A DNA stretch of 63,467 bases, filler included, from Sphacelaria rigidula (Eukaryota): NCBI GenBank assembly GCA_964200075.2. It is 8 parts of 8 records of this genome, joined end to end, with 100 filler letters (N's around TTAATTAATTAA, not from the genome) between each part and the next. Parts side by side here need not be neighbours in the genome. Positions count along the whole stretch, not along the records: positions 7,949 to 15,794 come from CAXNAA020013256.1; positions 15,895 to 23,740 come from CAXNAA020013257.1; 6 more parts are not named here. The stretch is one strand, 5' to 3'. The notes under the pieces were generated by a model that worked only from the letters and a program-made list of their open reading frames with translations, searched no databases and had not been told where the DNA came from. Shown piece after piece: positions 12,301 through 23,544 of this stretch (positions are counted from its first letter, which is position 1; each line of letters opens with the position of its first letter). A program made the position numbers and the translations under genes.

Positions 12301-15300
12301 GCTGGAGACAGCACCGTCGTTGCAGACGTTGCCACCTATGCAGTAAATCATCATTATGACCATCATCATTAATAGAGGGGATTGATCGAAACGGTCCACA
12401 TTTTTTCGTCCGGGAACAACATCGAGGCAGGACGAGAGTCGATGTGATTCTAGGGTGCGTTGGGTGTACATACAGACCTCCACAATTTTCTATATCACTT
12501 ATCAAGCCTCCAGTCAAGTCGAGTGATGGATACGCAGCGCGGCCAGCGGATACCGTACTGCTGCTGCGCGGTGTCTGTCTGTCTTTATTATCCCCTTTTT
12601 ACGTTCGCGAGTCACGCGGACACAAGGGCGCGTGTGTGGCCGTGTGCTCCGGTTGAGCAATATTGCGAGTTTTGTGACGGGGACACGCCGCCGATCACGA
12701 GTACATAAACATAAACATGCTCTGGACGTGTTCCTGGTCCTTGTTTCGAATATTCACCATGAACGGAACCATATCTTCAGCGATGCGATACGATGCGATG
12801 GCGGGGAAAGGGGTGAGGAAGAAGATATCCCCGTCGGCGCCTGAAGTTCAACATACACGTATACATCACTTCGTCAATCAATGACAGGTATTGAATGAAA
12901 AAAATGTACACGGGGAGGGACGGGGGGACGGGGGACGGGAGGGGGAACCCCATGATGATTCCACCTACATGCAATGTGCGAAGTGTCCATTCGACACCAA
13001 ATTTTCAAATTTTGCAGAGATTCTTATATCGCGAGGGAAGGGGGGGGGAGGGGTGAACTTAAGTCTCCACTTCCTTGCCCTCGATAACGCTAACAACACC
13101 GTTTTAAGGTTCAAACCCCGTAAGGCATGGGGAAACAACAAGCGCTTTTTTTCGAGTTCGAGACCAGAAGAAGAGAAAAAAAACGCGCAATTGAAAAAGA
13201 TAGCTCGTAAAAAAAAAAAAACGACAGTAGCAACACCGACGTCCAACACTTGCAGGTGCTCTACCCTTTCTCCCCCTCCGCCCCCTTCCTCTATTCCTGA
13301 GACAGAGAAACCAAAATATGCTTCAGAACAGGATACTCACGGGTGCGGCCCTAGTAGTACCGTACTTGTGACATGACTTTGAACTAAGTGTAACGAGTGA
13401 TTCCAGTAAGACGAAACTGTAGCTGCTTTTCTCGCTGCTGCCGCGACACATGACATGTCACGTGTGACAACTCACCGTTACTGCGGTTCCCACCAGCGCT
13501 CGACGAATTTTTCGCGTTCAACACACTGGGGTTCACCTCCTCCAGCGGCTGATTCTTCGACGACAGCAAAGAAGCCCCCACGGCCGCCGCTGGCAATACT
13601 CCAGGACCGCCCGGGGGCGGCGGAGACACCGCGCCCCGGGGCGGGGGTGACGCAGGATCCCCGTACGACTGAGCGAGGCTACTGCTAATACTACTGCCGT
13701 TGCTGCTAATGCTCACGGCGCCGCCGAGCCCACCAGTGTCCTTGCTCACAGCAACCGCGGGATCTCGGCCGTCGCGAGCCACCCCGACGACCCTTCCTGT
13801 GGCCGTTGTCGCCGCCGTCCCCGCGCGCCCCCGCCCCTTCCTGCAGCGGCTGGTTACGCTACCCACGGTTGTCACGGACTTCTGCGTTTGGAGTTCACCG
13901 ATGGCAGGGGTCGACGTGGGGGGGGGGGAGGTGTTCAGAACTTCGATAGGACAGTAAGTTGCAAGCTTGTGTTTTGCAGGGTACAAAGCCGGAAGTCGGG
14001 GATCTTTGGTTCACATACCACACACCATAACGGACTGTGCAACCCATCATTCCGGTGTGGTTCCTTCCGCAGGGTATCGAGCCCTGTTTCCGAAGAATCC
14101 GGTTTATTCTTCGGAAGGGTACTTATTTACCGCCGAAATATCCCGTGTCATACTTCTGTAAATACCCCAATTCATGAGCCGGGAACCCTACAAAACACGA
14201 AACGTTGAACATTGCACACGCTGGACAGCTCATGCGCTACCTCAATATAACTTCTTGCTAGTGCAGTAATCCGGATCATGAACTAGATCATTTGGCACCG
14301 TTTCCATAGTTGCTCCTTACAGCGCTGGATGCCGGACACGCGAAGTAGCGCAAAGGTAGCGCTCTGGCTTCCCGGACCCCGCTGTAACTTATTCCGTGTT
14401 CTTGGACAAGGGATGTGAAAGTCTTTTTCGATTGGTTTTTCGAGGTAGCTCATGCGCTGTCCCACGTGTGAAAAATTGCACGTACGCATCATGCACGGCT
14501 GGGTTTCCAGCGTAAATTCCAGTCTCGTCCCGTCATGTTGTTCCCGTTCGGGCTTGTCACGGGAAACACATCGTCACGCGAAACAAATCACAGGAACTTC
14601 CACGGGACGGAAATTTCCATCTCGTCCCGTCATGCTGGCGACGGGAAAGCATTTCCGCCTCCGTCCCGTCCCGTCATCAAAACACTTGGCGACGGGAAAA
14701 GCTCGCGTCTCGTCCTGTACTTCACGGGACCCAGATTTACGCCATGACCCGAATTCGCTTTACTACCCCATCACCTACTCATGACACCCCGTACTTTATT
14801 CACCAAGGGACGGGGCAGGGGAGTTGTGGACCGTTAGGGTGACTTCAACTCAGCGATAATATCCACACGAACTCAGAAGAACACACACAAAACGCTGGTG
14901 TTTTTCTTCTAGTTTCTTTGGTTTGTCTTCAACGTATCTGATTCCCATCGTTCAAAGCGTAGGGGCGTCAGTAGCAAAAAAAAGGATTTGGGTTTGTTCG
15001 GCGAGAGTTGGCGCGGTGCGGGAGTGTTGGCCATAATCCAATCCGCGAGACAAAAAATGCAACGCGTGTGTATACCGAGGGAGAGATCGTGTAATTCCTC
15101 GAAACAACGGACTTCTCGTGTACTGGTGTCTGTCAATAATGACGTCGATTCCATGTTTGGGATTTGCTCTGCGACGTCGACGCCGTATCTCTTCCTCTCT
15201 TCACTCCATCTCGAAAGGAATGCGTGGTCAACGAGTAAATCACGAAGGCAACCAACAAATTAGCACACCCTGGACAACGACAATATATCACGCTGTCAAA

Positions 15301-15696
15301 AAAATGTCCTGTGCACAGTATCGACTATTGCGTTGATTGATCAGACAACGGATTTCATGCTGTACGCGGTACACTTTTTGACAATGAAATTAATTTATCG
15401 TCATTATCCAGGGTGTGGAAATGGGTACGCCACCCCCGTGCCCCTCCCTCACCGGCCCGTTGCTGGCCGCAAGATGATCGTCAACAGCGCCTGCGCCCAA
15501 CCCACCCAGCCCTCTTCCTCGTCCCCTGCTCCGAGAGCGCACGCCCTTTTGTTCGTCGCCGTCCCCGACCGACAGGACGGTGCTGGAGCTGATGCCTGTT
15601 ACCCCGCCTCGACGTCGGCTAGCGATGGCGCCCTGCTGGCTGATGTGCAACGCCTTGGCCCTTTGCCTCGTCAGGGGAGGGGAGTACGGTTGCATG
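9320..15696 (-). CDS. Partial multi-exon gene of unknown function (Ser/Gly/Thr-rich). Predicted exons 15696-15453, 13881-13476, 12335-11665, 11213-11124, 10746-10692, 10530-10400, 9433-9320
   Basis: Each exon has AG/GT borders and the reading phases join without stops (end phases 0,1,0,0,1,0,0). Uses ORF-track frames 15390..15695, 13384..13986, 11581..12483, 10884..11225 and 10160..10612. The last exon reads LSEEETAMAGAPQGPVYQVAVLETREF. Further exons may lie near 8570-9100. Confidence 0.65.
14300..14380 (-). pseudogene. Possible hAT C-terminal dimerisation-domain fragment (paralog near 36720-36795)
   Basis: Translates LPLRYFACPASSA then a frameshifted EQLW (cf. hAT LAxRYLxxPASSAxxERxFS). The DNA CAGCGCTGGATGCCG..ACGCGAAGTAGCGCAA is shared with ~36740. 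Confidence 0.4.
14505..14750. repeat. Partial copy of the CCCGTC/GACGGG MITE family at 17546-18000
   Basis: Shares the terminus GGGCTTGTCACGG and the TCCCGTC...GCGACGGGAAA subunits. Confidence 0.7.
14940..15120 (+). mobile_element. Partial, diverged copy of the SINE at 16430-16698
   Basis: GCGCGGTGCGGGAGTGTT...CCAATCCGCGAGAC...ATGCAA matches the body of the 16430-16698 element. Confidence 0.55.
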
Positions 15697-15894
15697 CTGC
15701 GCGTGGCGGATCACGGTGTGGAGAAGGAGGGGGGGGGGGGGGGGGGACGGGGACACGGGGGGGGAGCACACAGGGGACACCGACCCAGGACGGANNNNNN
15801 NNNNNNNNNNNNNNNNNNNNNNNNNNNNNNNNNNNNNNTTAATTAATTAANNNNNNNNNNNNNNNNNNNNNNNNNNNNNNNNNNNNNNNNNNNN

Positions 15895-15970
15895 GATCAT
15901 GCATACTTTTTTTCACTTGAAATTGATGCCGACTCAACAGAAGACTAACCTCGCAGTCTAAGGGTTAAGT
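15895..15970 (-). pseudogene. Short fragment homologous to the DIRS/Ngaro element in contig 6
   Basis: TGAAATTGATGCCGA...CCTCGC.GTC.AAGGGTT aligns with 41620-41690. Confidence 0.5.
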
Positions 15971-16429
15971 GATCCCTCAGGGATTCAGCCGTGGTCACAT
16001 CATAGACGTAACCGAGATGAAACAGAAAGGTAGGATAGACCGGGTAGACTCCGCAAAAAAATAAAGAGGGAGGAGGGCGGGGGGGGGAGAAAGGTCAGAA
16101 CAACATAAAGGCAAGGAAAAAAACTAGAAATGACCGAACCCTGCCACATCGTTTCGGTGGAAAGGGCTTGCGCAATAACCACACGCATACCCAGTCGTAA
16201 AAAACAAAAAGCCGCGGGAACAGATTGCGGCTCATCTATTTCGACCACACTGTCTTCGGTATGGAGTTGTCATCCATGCACCCTACGAAGGCGAGGTACC
16301 AAACTGCTACTTGCACACGCCGGGAGGAAAGGACACACAAGTGGAGAGAAAGATGGGGAGAGAAGGAGATAAGTAGACTACGACAGTCATGATCTCTATT
16401 TTGTTTTTGTCGCACTTTGAATCCCTCCC

Positions 16430-16698
16430 CTTCTTCGGGACGAGTCCGTGGTCTCAAGGGATGATCCCCGTCTCTCCCCCGGTACACGCCTTGCATTAGG
16501 TCTCGCGGATTGGGACAGCACTCCCGCACCGCGTCAGCTCACGTCAAGCAAACTCAGCCGACAACTTTGTTCACCCACGTTCTCACGCTTTCCATGGTGG
16601 AAATCACATATCACCAAGAAAAACCCAACGCAATTGGAATCGAACCCTCGTATTTTCCACCCTGATGACGACAGTCGGACCATTACACCACCGGGGCG
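16430..16698 (-). mobile_element. tRNA-derived SINE
   Basis: The minus strand starts GCCCCGGTGGTGTAATGGT (Pol III A-box-like) with GGGTTCGATTCC (B box, plus 16636-16647), followed by a non-tRNA body that recurs at ~15000. Confidence 0.7.
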
Positions 16699-16704
16699 CG
16701 GCGG

Positions 16705-17350
16705 CATCTGTAGGGTACGGTTGTATACCCAGGGTATTCACATGGGTATTATCCGTACCCGACAGTTTAGTGAGTTCTGTAAGCCTCTCAAATTTGTCCC
16801 GATAATTCGGTACGATCTGTGTACGAAATGGTTATCCTTATTCGAGTATGGGTATATCCTTGTAGAAATACTCTGTTGCAGGTAAGGGTTCCTGTACAAC
16901 TTCCATACAGTATCCGGCAGGTTCTGCAAGTTCTTCAAGAAATCCCATACCCTACCGAACATACCCATACCCGACAAAACACAACCTTGCATATTTCTTC
17001 CAGGTCAACCGTCCTTGAGGGAACCTTTGGGGGAATACAAACCACCAAACCCAAACCCAAACCCAAACCCAAACCCAAACCCAAACCCAAACCCAAACCC
17101 AAACCCAAACCAACTATGCCCGAACACCATTGTGTATCGGCGCATGGTTTCGGAGTTTTCCAAGGTTAGCTGTTCTGTAGGGTCGGGTTTTCGTTATACC
17201 CAGGGAAATTGCCCGGGTATTATCCGTACCCGACATGTTACGTGAGTACTGTAAGCTTCCCATGCCCGTACTCGACAAGTCTGTGAATTCTGTAAGCCTC
17301 CCACCCCCGTACCCGAAAATGTTTCCATCCCGTCCAATACCCTGGAAAAG
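16705..17350. repeat. Repetitive element with recurrent GGGTATTATCCGTACCCGAC / TACCC motifs and an internal (CCCAAA)n tract
   Basis: TATACCCAGGG...GGGTATTATCCGTACCCGACA occurs at ~16724-16763 and ~17196-17235. About 10 CCCAAA units lie at ~17045-17111. Confidence 0.7.
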
Positions 17351-17545
17351 GGTTCCAGATATTTTTCACGGGACTTCCCGCCAAGGGGAGCGGAATTTTC
17401 GCCAATCTGGTGGAAATTGGAGTACATCTTCACATATGTGGCAGATGGGAACGCTTCCCCCATTATTTCCAGACCAGACACTTTCCGCAGCCACTCATCG
17501 ATTCACATCTCACTGGAAGGGATGAATGCCCCCAATGATCGTAAC

Positions 17546-18000
17546 CGGGGATTGTGACGGGACTTCGGGACGGGGCCGTTCTCCCCTCGCGATTATGAGT
17601 CGATCCAACTGCTGTTGTCGTATATCGTGAGTCAACACCGGGGATTGTTTCTCCGTGAACAAAGTTATGGTTTTATCGTGCTTGTTTCGGGGGGGGGTAT
17701 GCGCATATTTCTGTGGGGACGGAACGAGACGGGAATTTTCGTCCCGTCAGTCTTCTCAAAATGCCGTCCCGTCCTGCTATTTGATTTCTCGACGGGATAC
17801 CATCCCTGCCGCCCCCTGTCCCTGTTTTAGCGACGGGGAACCATTCCCATCTCGTCCCGTCGTCTTCTTGGCGACGGGAAAACGGTCCCGTCCCGTCCCG
17901 TTGTTTCGTCGGCGACGGGAAAAGGCCTCGTCCCGTCCCGTTGTTTCGTCGGCGACGGGGAAAGGTCCCGTCGCGTCGCGAAGTACCGTGACAAGCCCTG
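17546..18000. mobile_element. MITE with hAT-like CAGGG termini and internal ~35-bp tandem hairpin subunits
   Basis: Right end reverse complement CAGGGCTTGTCACGG versus left CGGGGATTGTGACGG (12/15). Repeated TCCCGT...GGCGACGGGAAA units. Confidence 0.7.
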
Positions 18001-19224
18001 GCATTCTCGACAAGACCCAAACTGCTTGTTCTGGGCATGTCAAATTATTATTGGTCTTCGTGTGCATCTGAAGTAACTTTTCAACATAATTTCCAGGTCA
18101 AGTGTACCCTTTGAGTGCGAGCTTCGTCTCGGAGCACTTTCCCTGCTACACGTATTCACGGGTTTTCAAGGGAAGGGAGGGGGTCTTTTCTGAGAGGATG
18201 GGGCAAGGTGCGGCTTGTCATATGGTCGGAGAAAGCTTCCATACCCTGAACAACTATCCGTGACACGGATAGTTGAACAGGGTGTGAAAGAGTTGAGGAT
18301 ATATACGGAACTGGGCCAGCTTGAAAACGGATTCAAGCTCTGAAAGCGTTTACAGTGCGAGCATAATAAAAGCGAGAAAATATTCATACCCTGTACGACG
18401 ATCCGTGATCACGGATAGTTGTACAGGGTGTGAAAACTTCCGGCATGAAGAACTCATGTTCCCTGAATTTTTCTACGGACGTAACCAGGTCTTCAGGGGA
18501 GTGGTGTGATTATTCGACAGCTTCCAAGGTCGCTGAGTCCGTTATGTCCGTTTATGGGTAGACTATACTGAACTGCGATATACCTCGCAGTCAAGCCCTA
18601 TTCAACCCAAACTGTAACGACCACTCAACCCTTAAAGCACACAAACAAGATGGCGTATTTCGCTCCTTGCACGGCCTACCTCCGCGCTCCTTGCTTTCGT
18701 TACCGAGATAGCTGTCACATACTTCCGTAATCAGGCAGTATAGGATACATGCAGCGGAGCGCGACGGCACACTGATTGCTTTGTACTTTTACATTTAAGA
18801 GCTGATGCAGAAATTTTAGGGAACAGCAGCAATGTAGACGGTACAGCGCAGTACGAGCAGTTGAGGCAGTGTGACACGCACTGCAACAAGCGGAAATATC
18901 TTCGAGTTGTGGCAGCATCGTCTGGAAAGCACCAAGGCTGGGAAACCAGAGGCAGAGACTATGTGATCGCATGTGGCGGCGATAGCGGTAGCTAGCTTCC
19001 ATCACAAACAAAGAAAAGCGCGATACCCTTTACTTCACGTGGACGTGACTAACTGGTTCAAAACCGATCAAAGGTTCTCCTGCACTAATTTACATACGAA
19101 CGCGCAGCATCCAACTGTTCGTAGGAATAGGTGTGTTGTGTCCCTCGAGAAACAATAGTTATGAATCCATATAGACCATAGCCCATGATGTTTCATGTGC
19201 GCACGGTCTCACATAGTCGTGCGA

Positions 19225-19620
19225 CCTCCATCTGGGACGTGATATCCGAACTGGATGTCCGTCTGGTGTACCACATCCCAGATCAACATTCATCTGGGAT
19301 GTGGACGTCCATTTGAAATATCCATCTGGGATGGTGATCTCCCTTCGGCGGGAAATAGACGTCGATCTGGGGTAAGGTCCTCCATGTGGGATACCTTAGA
19401 GGGATATGCACATCTCAGATTGCTATCTCAGATGAATATCCACATCTTATTGGGATGTCCAACCGGAATATGAATATCCCGAATAGGCGTCCATATCGCA
19501 GATGGATTTCTTAGACGGATATCCCAGATGAATATCACGTCACAGATGAATAACCCAGATGGACGTCTACATCCCAGATGGATTGGATGTCCATCTGTGA
19601 TCTGATAAGCCAGACGGAGA
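19225..19620. repeat. Degenerate repeat built from CATCTGGGAT / ATCCCAGATG units in both orientations
   Basis: Numerous CATCTGGGA(T), CATCCCAGAT and GGATGTCC motifs are visible. Confidence 0.7.
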
Positions 19621-22509
19621 TTTCACGATAATGCCCGTCCCCTCCCCTGTGCGGCGGGTCGGAGTCAAAGAATTCACTCAAGAGCTTGTCTTGACGTTGA
19701 GGAATATCGACATCGACGCCGCCATCGACACCGAATTTCGATTTCGATGTGGCGGGTTGAGCGGAGGACGTCGCATCTGTCGAACGAACGATCAAAATAT
19801 CAACCAACAGATGAAAACCAACACGAAAGGCGATGGACGCAACTTCTGGTCAGCATTGAGTAGTTCCTCGGCGATTTCTCCACGCCACGTTTTGAAAACT
19901 AGCGTTCAAATTTTCGATTTTAGGCAAGTATAGTGTTAAGATCTTCGAACGACTCAGAAATCAAAAAGAGTTGGGCCGAGATTCGGGGCAGCGGACCAAT
20001 CGCAGAACCGTGTGTGTTGTGTATTCCGACTTTCGACTGATTCTACCGAGAGACCCCATAAGGTCGCCTCTTGAGCCCGACTTTGCAAGCATGACTTCTC
20101 ACCGAAGTCGGTTTGCTTTTTTCGTTTTCGGCAGATTTGGATCAACGGAGAAAAAAACTTGAGTACTGAACAGAAATTTAACCGAACATGTCATTACAGT
20201 GAGCTACCCTATGTGACACTAAAATAGTTCGTGAGACGTTCAATGGCCCCATACAAATGTAGAAGTTCCTTGATGTACAACCGCTTTTGCGAGTATCTGC
20301 GGAGCTTCTCAGCACAAGAGATTATGGTCTAACGATAGCCTACTCCTAGCTAGACAGAAGAAGCGATAGTTCACAAACGTCGGTTCCGTAGGTGACGCAA
20401 ATGGGTGCATGACTACTAAAAGCATCGGCTCTCTGTTTAGTTTCTGCTAGATTGAACCCACAAAAAAACTATATGCTCAGTCGATCAACATCTACATCTC
20501 GACGTGCGTCCTATGCATCGCTAGTGGTAAAGTTTGTAAGCGAAGATGTGGTGATGTGTGCATCCTAGCTCCAGTTTTTCTAGACGCACCACTTGGTAGC
20601 TACAAATCCGCCGTGGTCCCGACTATGCTCCCGCTCATGTTTTATAAACTATTTTGGGTGTCTTATCAAGCCTTTTGACCGGAGAAAACGAGTGGCGAAA
20701 TCGAGAAAACTCGATCTGATAGCTTCAGTTTATTTCTCTCCTTTCCGCGTCTTTCACCGAACGAGTATATAAACACCGCGGACGCCAATCAGAAAGGAGC
20801 TCGATGGCGACAAGGTGCTGTTGTTTGGAACCGAGTGATCGACATTTCGACGCGTTTCCCGGCATCCACAGGCACTCAGGCTCGGCACCTGACAAATCCA
20901 GAGGTAGCCACAGTCCGACGCAGTACGAGGCAGTCTTTTTAAAATGACGTGTCGTAGGATGTTCAGCCGGCAGCGACCACGTTCGTGAAAGTGTGCCACG
21001 ATTTATTTCTGAAACAAGTCAGTTTACAGTGACCCAGTTGTTCAAAATAGAACATGCCGCTTCAAGTCGTAACCGAGTGACGCAGACCCAAGCACGTGGT
21101 CAAAGAGCTGGGTGAGAAGTACGGCCTAGGCTATCGGGCGCTGCATTGCGCGCAGGATATCTCGTGATCCCCGTATATTCAATTTTGAGGTGGGTAGTGC
21201 CATCCGCCACTAGTTGGCAACATTCATCGCACTTGCGCGCTGTGAACTTGGAAAGTCCCCTCGCACCTAAACCTTGCAAAACGAGTGACTTCGGGCTGAA
21301 TCATTCTCGCCGATTTTTCTAGGTGGCCATTTCTGTTTACAAGATACGCTCTCAGAAGGGTAGTGACCCTTTCGATAGTTTTGAAACAACAAATGATGAC
21401 CGAGAGCGAGATTAGTGAAGAAACGTTCCTGAGAAATACAGATCATAGGTCCGCCAGAATTTCGCTATTGCTGGTCGATCAGAAGCTTGGGTCTCAACTT
21501 TGGGTTCAGGCGCGACCCAAGACAGGTCAAAATCAGTTTTGTCGGACAGCGAAAACGTACTGCGCGAAAAGATACTGTAGGGCAACAATCATGACAAATC
21601 TGATATATACTGTTGTCTCATGATAGTAATGTTCGACAATTCGAAACGTGTGCATGGTATCAACGCGTGCAATTGCAGCTGTAACCACCCACGCTTATCG
21701 AATGACCCCTCCAGGCGTGTAGCCACAGTACGCTCACGACCGACATGCGTCTTTCAAGTGGAGTTGTGTGTCAGTGAAGTTGTTGCGATATTCGGTGAGC
21801 AGCAATAGTTTGGATACAAAAACATTCAACTGATTGAAAAAACCGCTGATTTTCAGCTGCTGGGACGTTTCGAAACAGACGATTATATGTCAGTTTGTGG
21901 TCGATTGACACAGAACCTAGCGCATCGCAAGTCGCTTCCATGTGAGCTAGGGCTCGTATTATTGAGGGTTGAATACTGCAGGCGCACTGCATCTCGTGAT
22001 GAACGTACAAACTACAGTTCAGTGGGGAGTGCTGCTTGCTGACCGTTGATAGCGTTCGCCGCATATTGTCGTTATCTTACACGCAGTCACTCTGGGTTCC
22101 CAACGGATAAAACGAACGAAGGTATCAACAAAGTTAGCGATGCCAGTTTTTTTGCTGCCAAAACCTTTGCATCGTGTCAGGCTGACAAACTCTTCATGAC
22201 ACTACATGCTAAAGAAACACGGCTATTCCAAGGATATCTAACGCGCGAACTTCACTCCTCAGTAGTCCACCAAGAGAAAGTTTGACAGTGTACACAGTGC
22301 GTTGCCTGAGGCATCATGGCGATCTGTGAACTCACGAACAGCGATAGGCAGAATATGTCTATTCATATCGTGAGCGTGTTGATACACCGCACCACGCATT
22401 CGTGCCATGTCGTAGTCGATACTCGTGGGTATCAATCCGTCCGTTCATCATTTTGCTTCTTTTTTGCCACTCTTTCAACCTCTCCTCTCCTCCCCCTGGG
22501 TCCTAATCC

Positions 22510-22590
22510 GGCGAAAACCCGGCGTGCTCCGTCTCGGCTTCGTAGGGATGCTAGTTCAATGATTATATGACTAGGGCACGCAAGATCATG
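22510..22590 (+). repeat. Short dispersed repeat (paralog at ~38885-38962)
   Basis: GCGAAAACC.GGCGTGCTCCGTC.CG.CTT.GTAGGGATGC...CAAGATCAT is present in both places. Confidence 0.7.
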
Positions 22591-22611
22591 AGTACACCCT
22601 CCCTCCTCCAC

Positions 22612-22980
22612 GGGAGACTCAGCAACACCAGGAGGATTGCAGAAATAATAGGAAAGGCACTAGTATACACTAGGAAATGGAGAGTGAGAGCGAACGTAAG
22701 AGAATGTGTGGCTGTCACTACGATTTCGGGTGGGAGACCTGGATCTGCTGGAAGGAAAAAAGTGGTATTGTATACACCAGTAGTCGGCTGGAGGAGGAAG
22801 TGGATGCACAGAGTTGCTCCTGTGATAATGCTATAGAGTGTAACTCATGTCGTGGGAGAATGTGAACTGTACAAGGAGGAATGTGGTGTTTTGAAGCAGA
22901 TGGGGGAACAAAACGGATGCGGCATGGAATCGTTTGATACTGAGACAGTAGCGAGAAGAGGATCGCCATAGTAGGAGATA
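22612..22980 (+). pseudogene. Non-LTR retrotransposon (LINE) reverse transcriptase fragment
   Basis: IIGKALVYTRKWRVRANVRECVAV matches the LINE RT segment after the catalytic DD (xxxYxxKWRLxxNxxKCxV). Confidence 0.65.
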
Positions 22981-23118
22981 AATGGTGGCCACAGACGGCG
23001 GAAAAGGAATGGAATCAGATATGTTGAAGGGTTTGTGAAATGGATGAATCGTAATGAGCGCTCAAATCTTCGAGGCATCTCCATTAGGAGCCGGAACGGT
23101 TCTCCGTCTTGGAAGAAC

Positions 23119-23544
23119 ACGTGATTTTACAGATTGGGGATGGATTTTGTTTTGGAGATGAGAACCCGGAGAGTTAAAAATCTTCGGATCCACACAAATT
23201 CTTCGAAATATGGTTCCATTTTTTCACTTGCTGGTAGCCATTGATAACTACCAAACCTCACATGAATTTGGATTTCGATAATCGAGATCTTGGGATCCTA
23301 GGTGAAAAATCAATTTGGGGGAATTTCGGTGATCCCATCGGACTCCAAAATCGGTTTTTCATCTAGGACCCCGAGATTTCGGTTATCGATATCTAAATTT
23401 GTACTGCGTGTAGTATTTTTTAGTAGATTCCAGCAAGTGAAGAAATGACACCACATTCCGAAGATTTGGTGTAGATACGAAGATTTTAATTCTCCGGGTT
23501 CTCATCCCCAATTAAAAATCCATCCCCAATTTGTAAGATCACGT
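23119..23544. mobile_element. Foldback/MITE element, ~200-bp imperfect inverted arms
   Basis: Left ACGTGATTTTACAGATTGGGGATGGATTTT versus right reverse complement ACGTGATCTTACAAATTGGGGATGGATTTT. Pairing continues inward (GATGAGAACCCGGAG, TTCACTTGCTGG). A related fragment sits at ~47557-47577. Confidence 0.85.

Noticed and set aside
11666..12346. 226-aa plus-strand hydrophobic ORF
   Set aside because: Antisense shadow of the minus-strand exon, which has phase-consistent splice sites.
16630..16698. Functional tRNA genes here and at ~40010-40088
   Set aside because: A/B boxes are present but no convincing cloverleaf, and both continue into non-tRNA bodies typical of SINEs.
16819..17245. ORFs with (PK)n or (PN)n tracts
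   Set aside because: They are translations of the CCCAAA tandem repeat.
17700..17990. CRISPR-like array of ~35-bp palindromic repeats
   Set aside because: Units are contiguous and degenerate with no unique spacers, sit inside a TIR-bounded MITE, and no cas genes are present.
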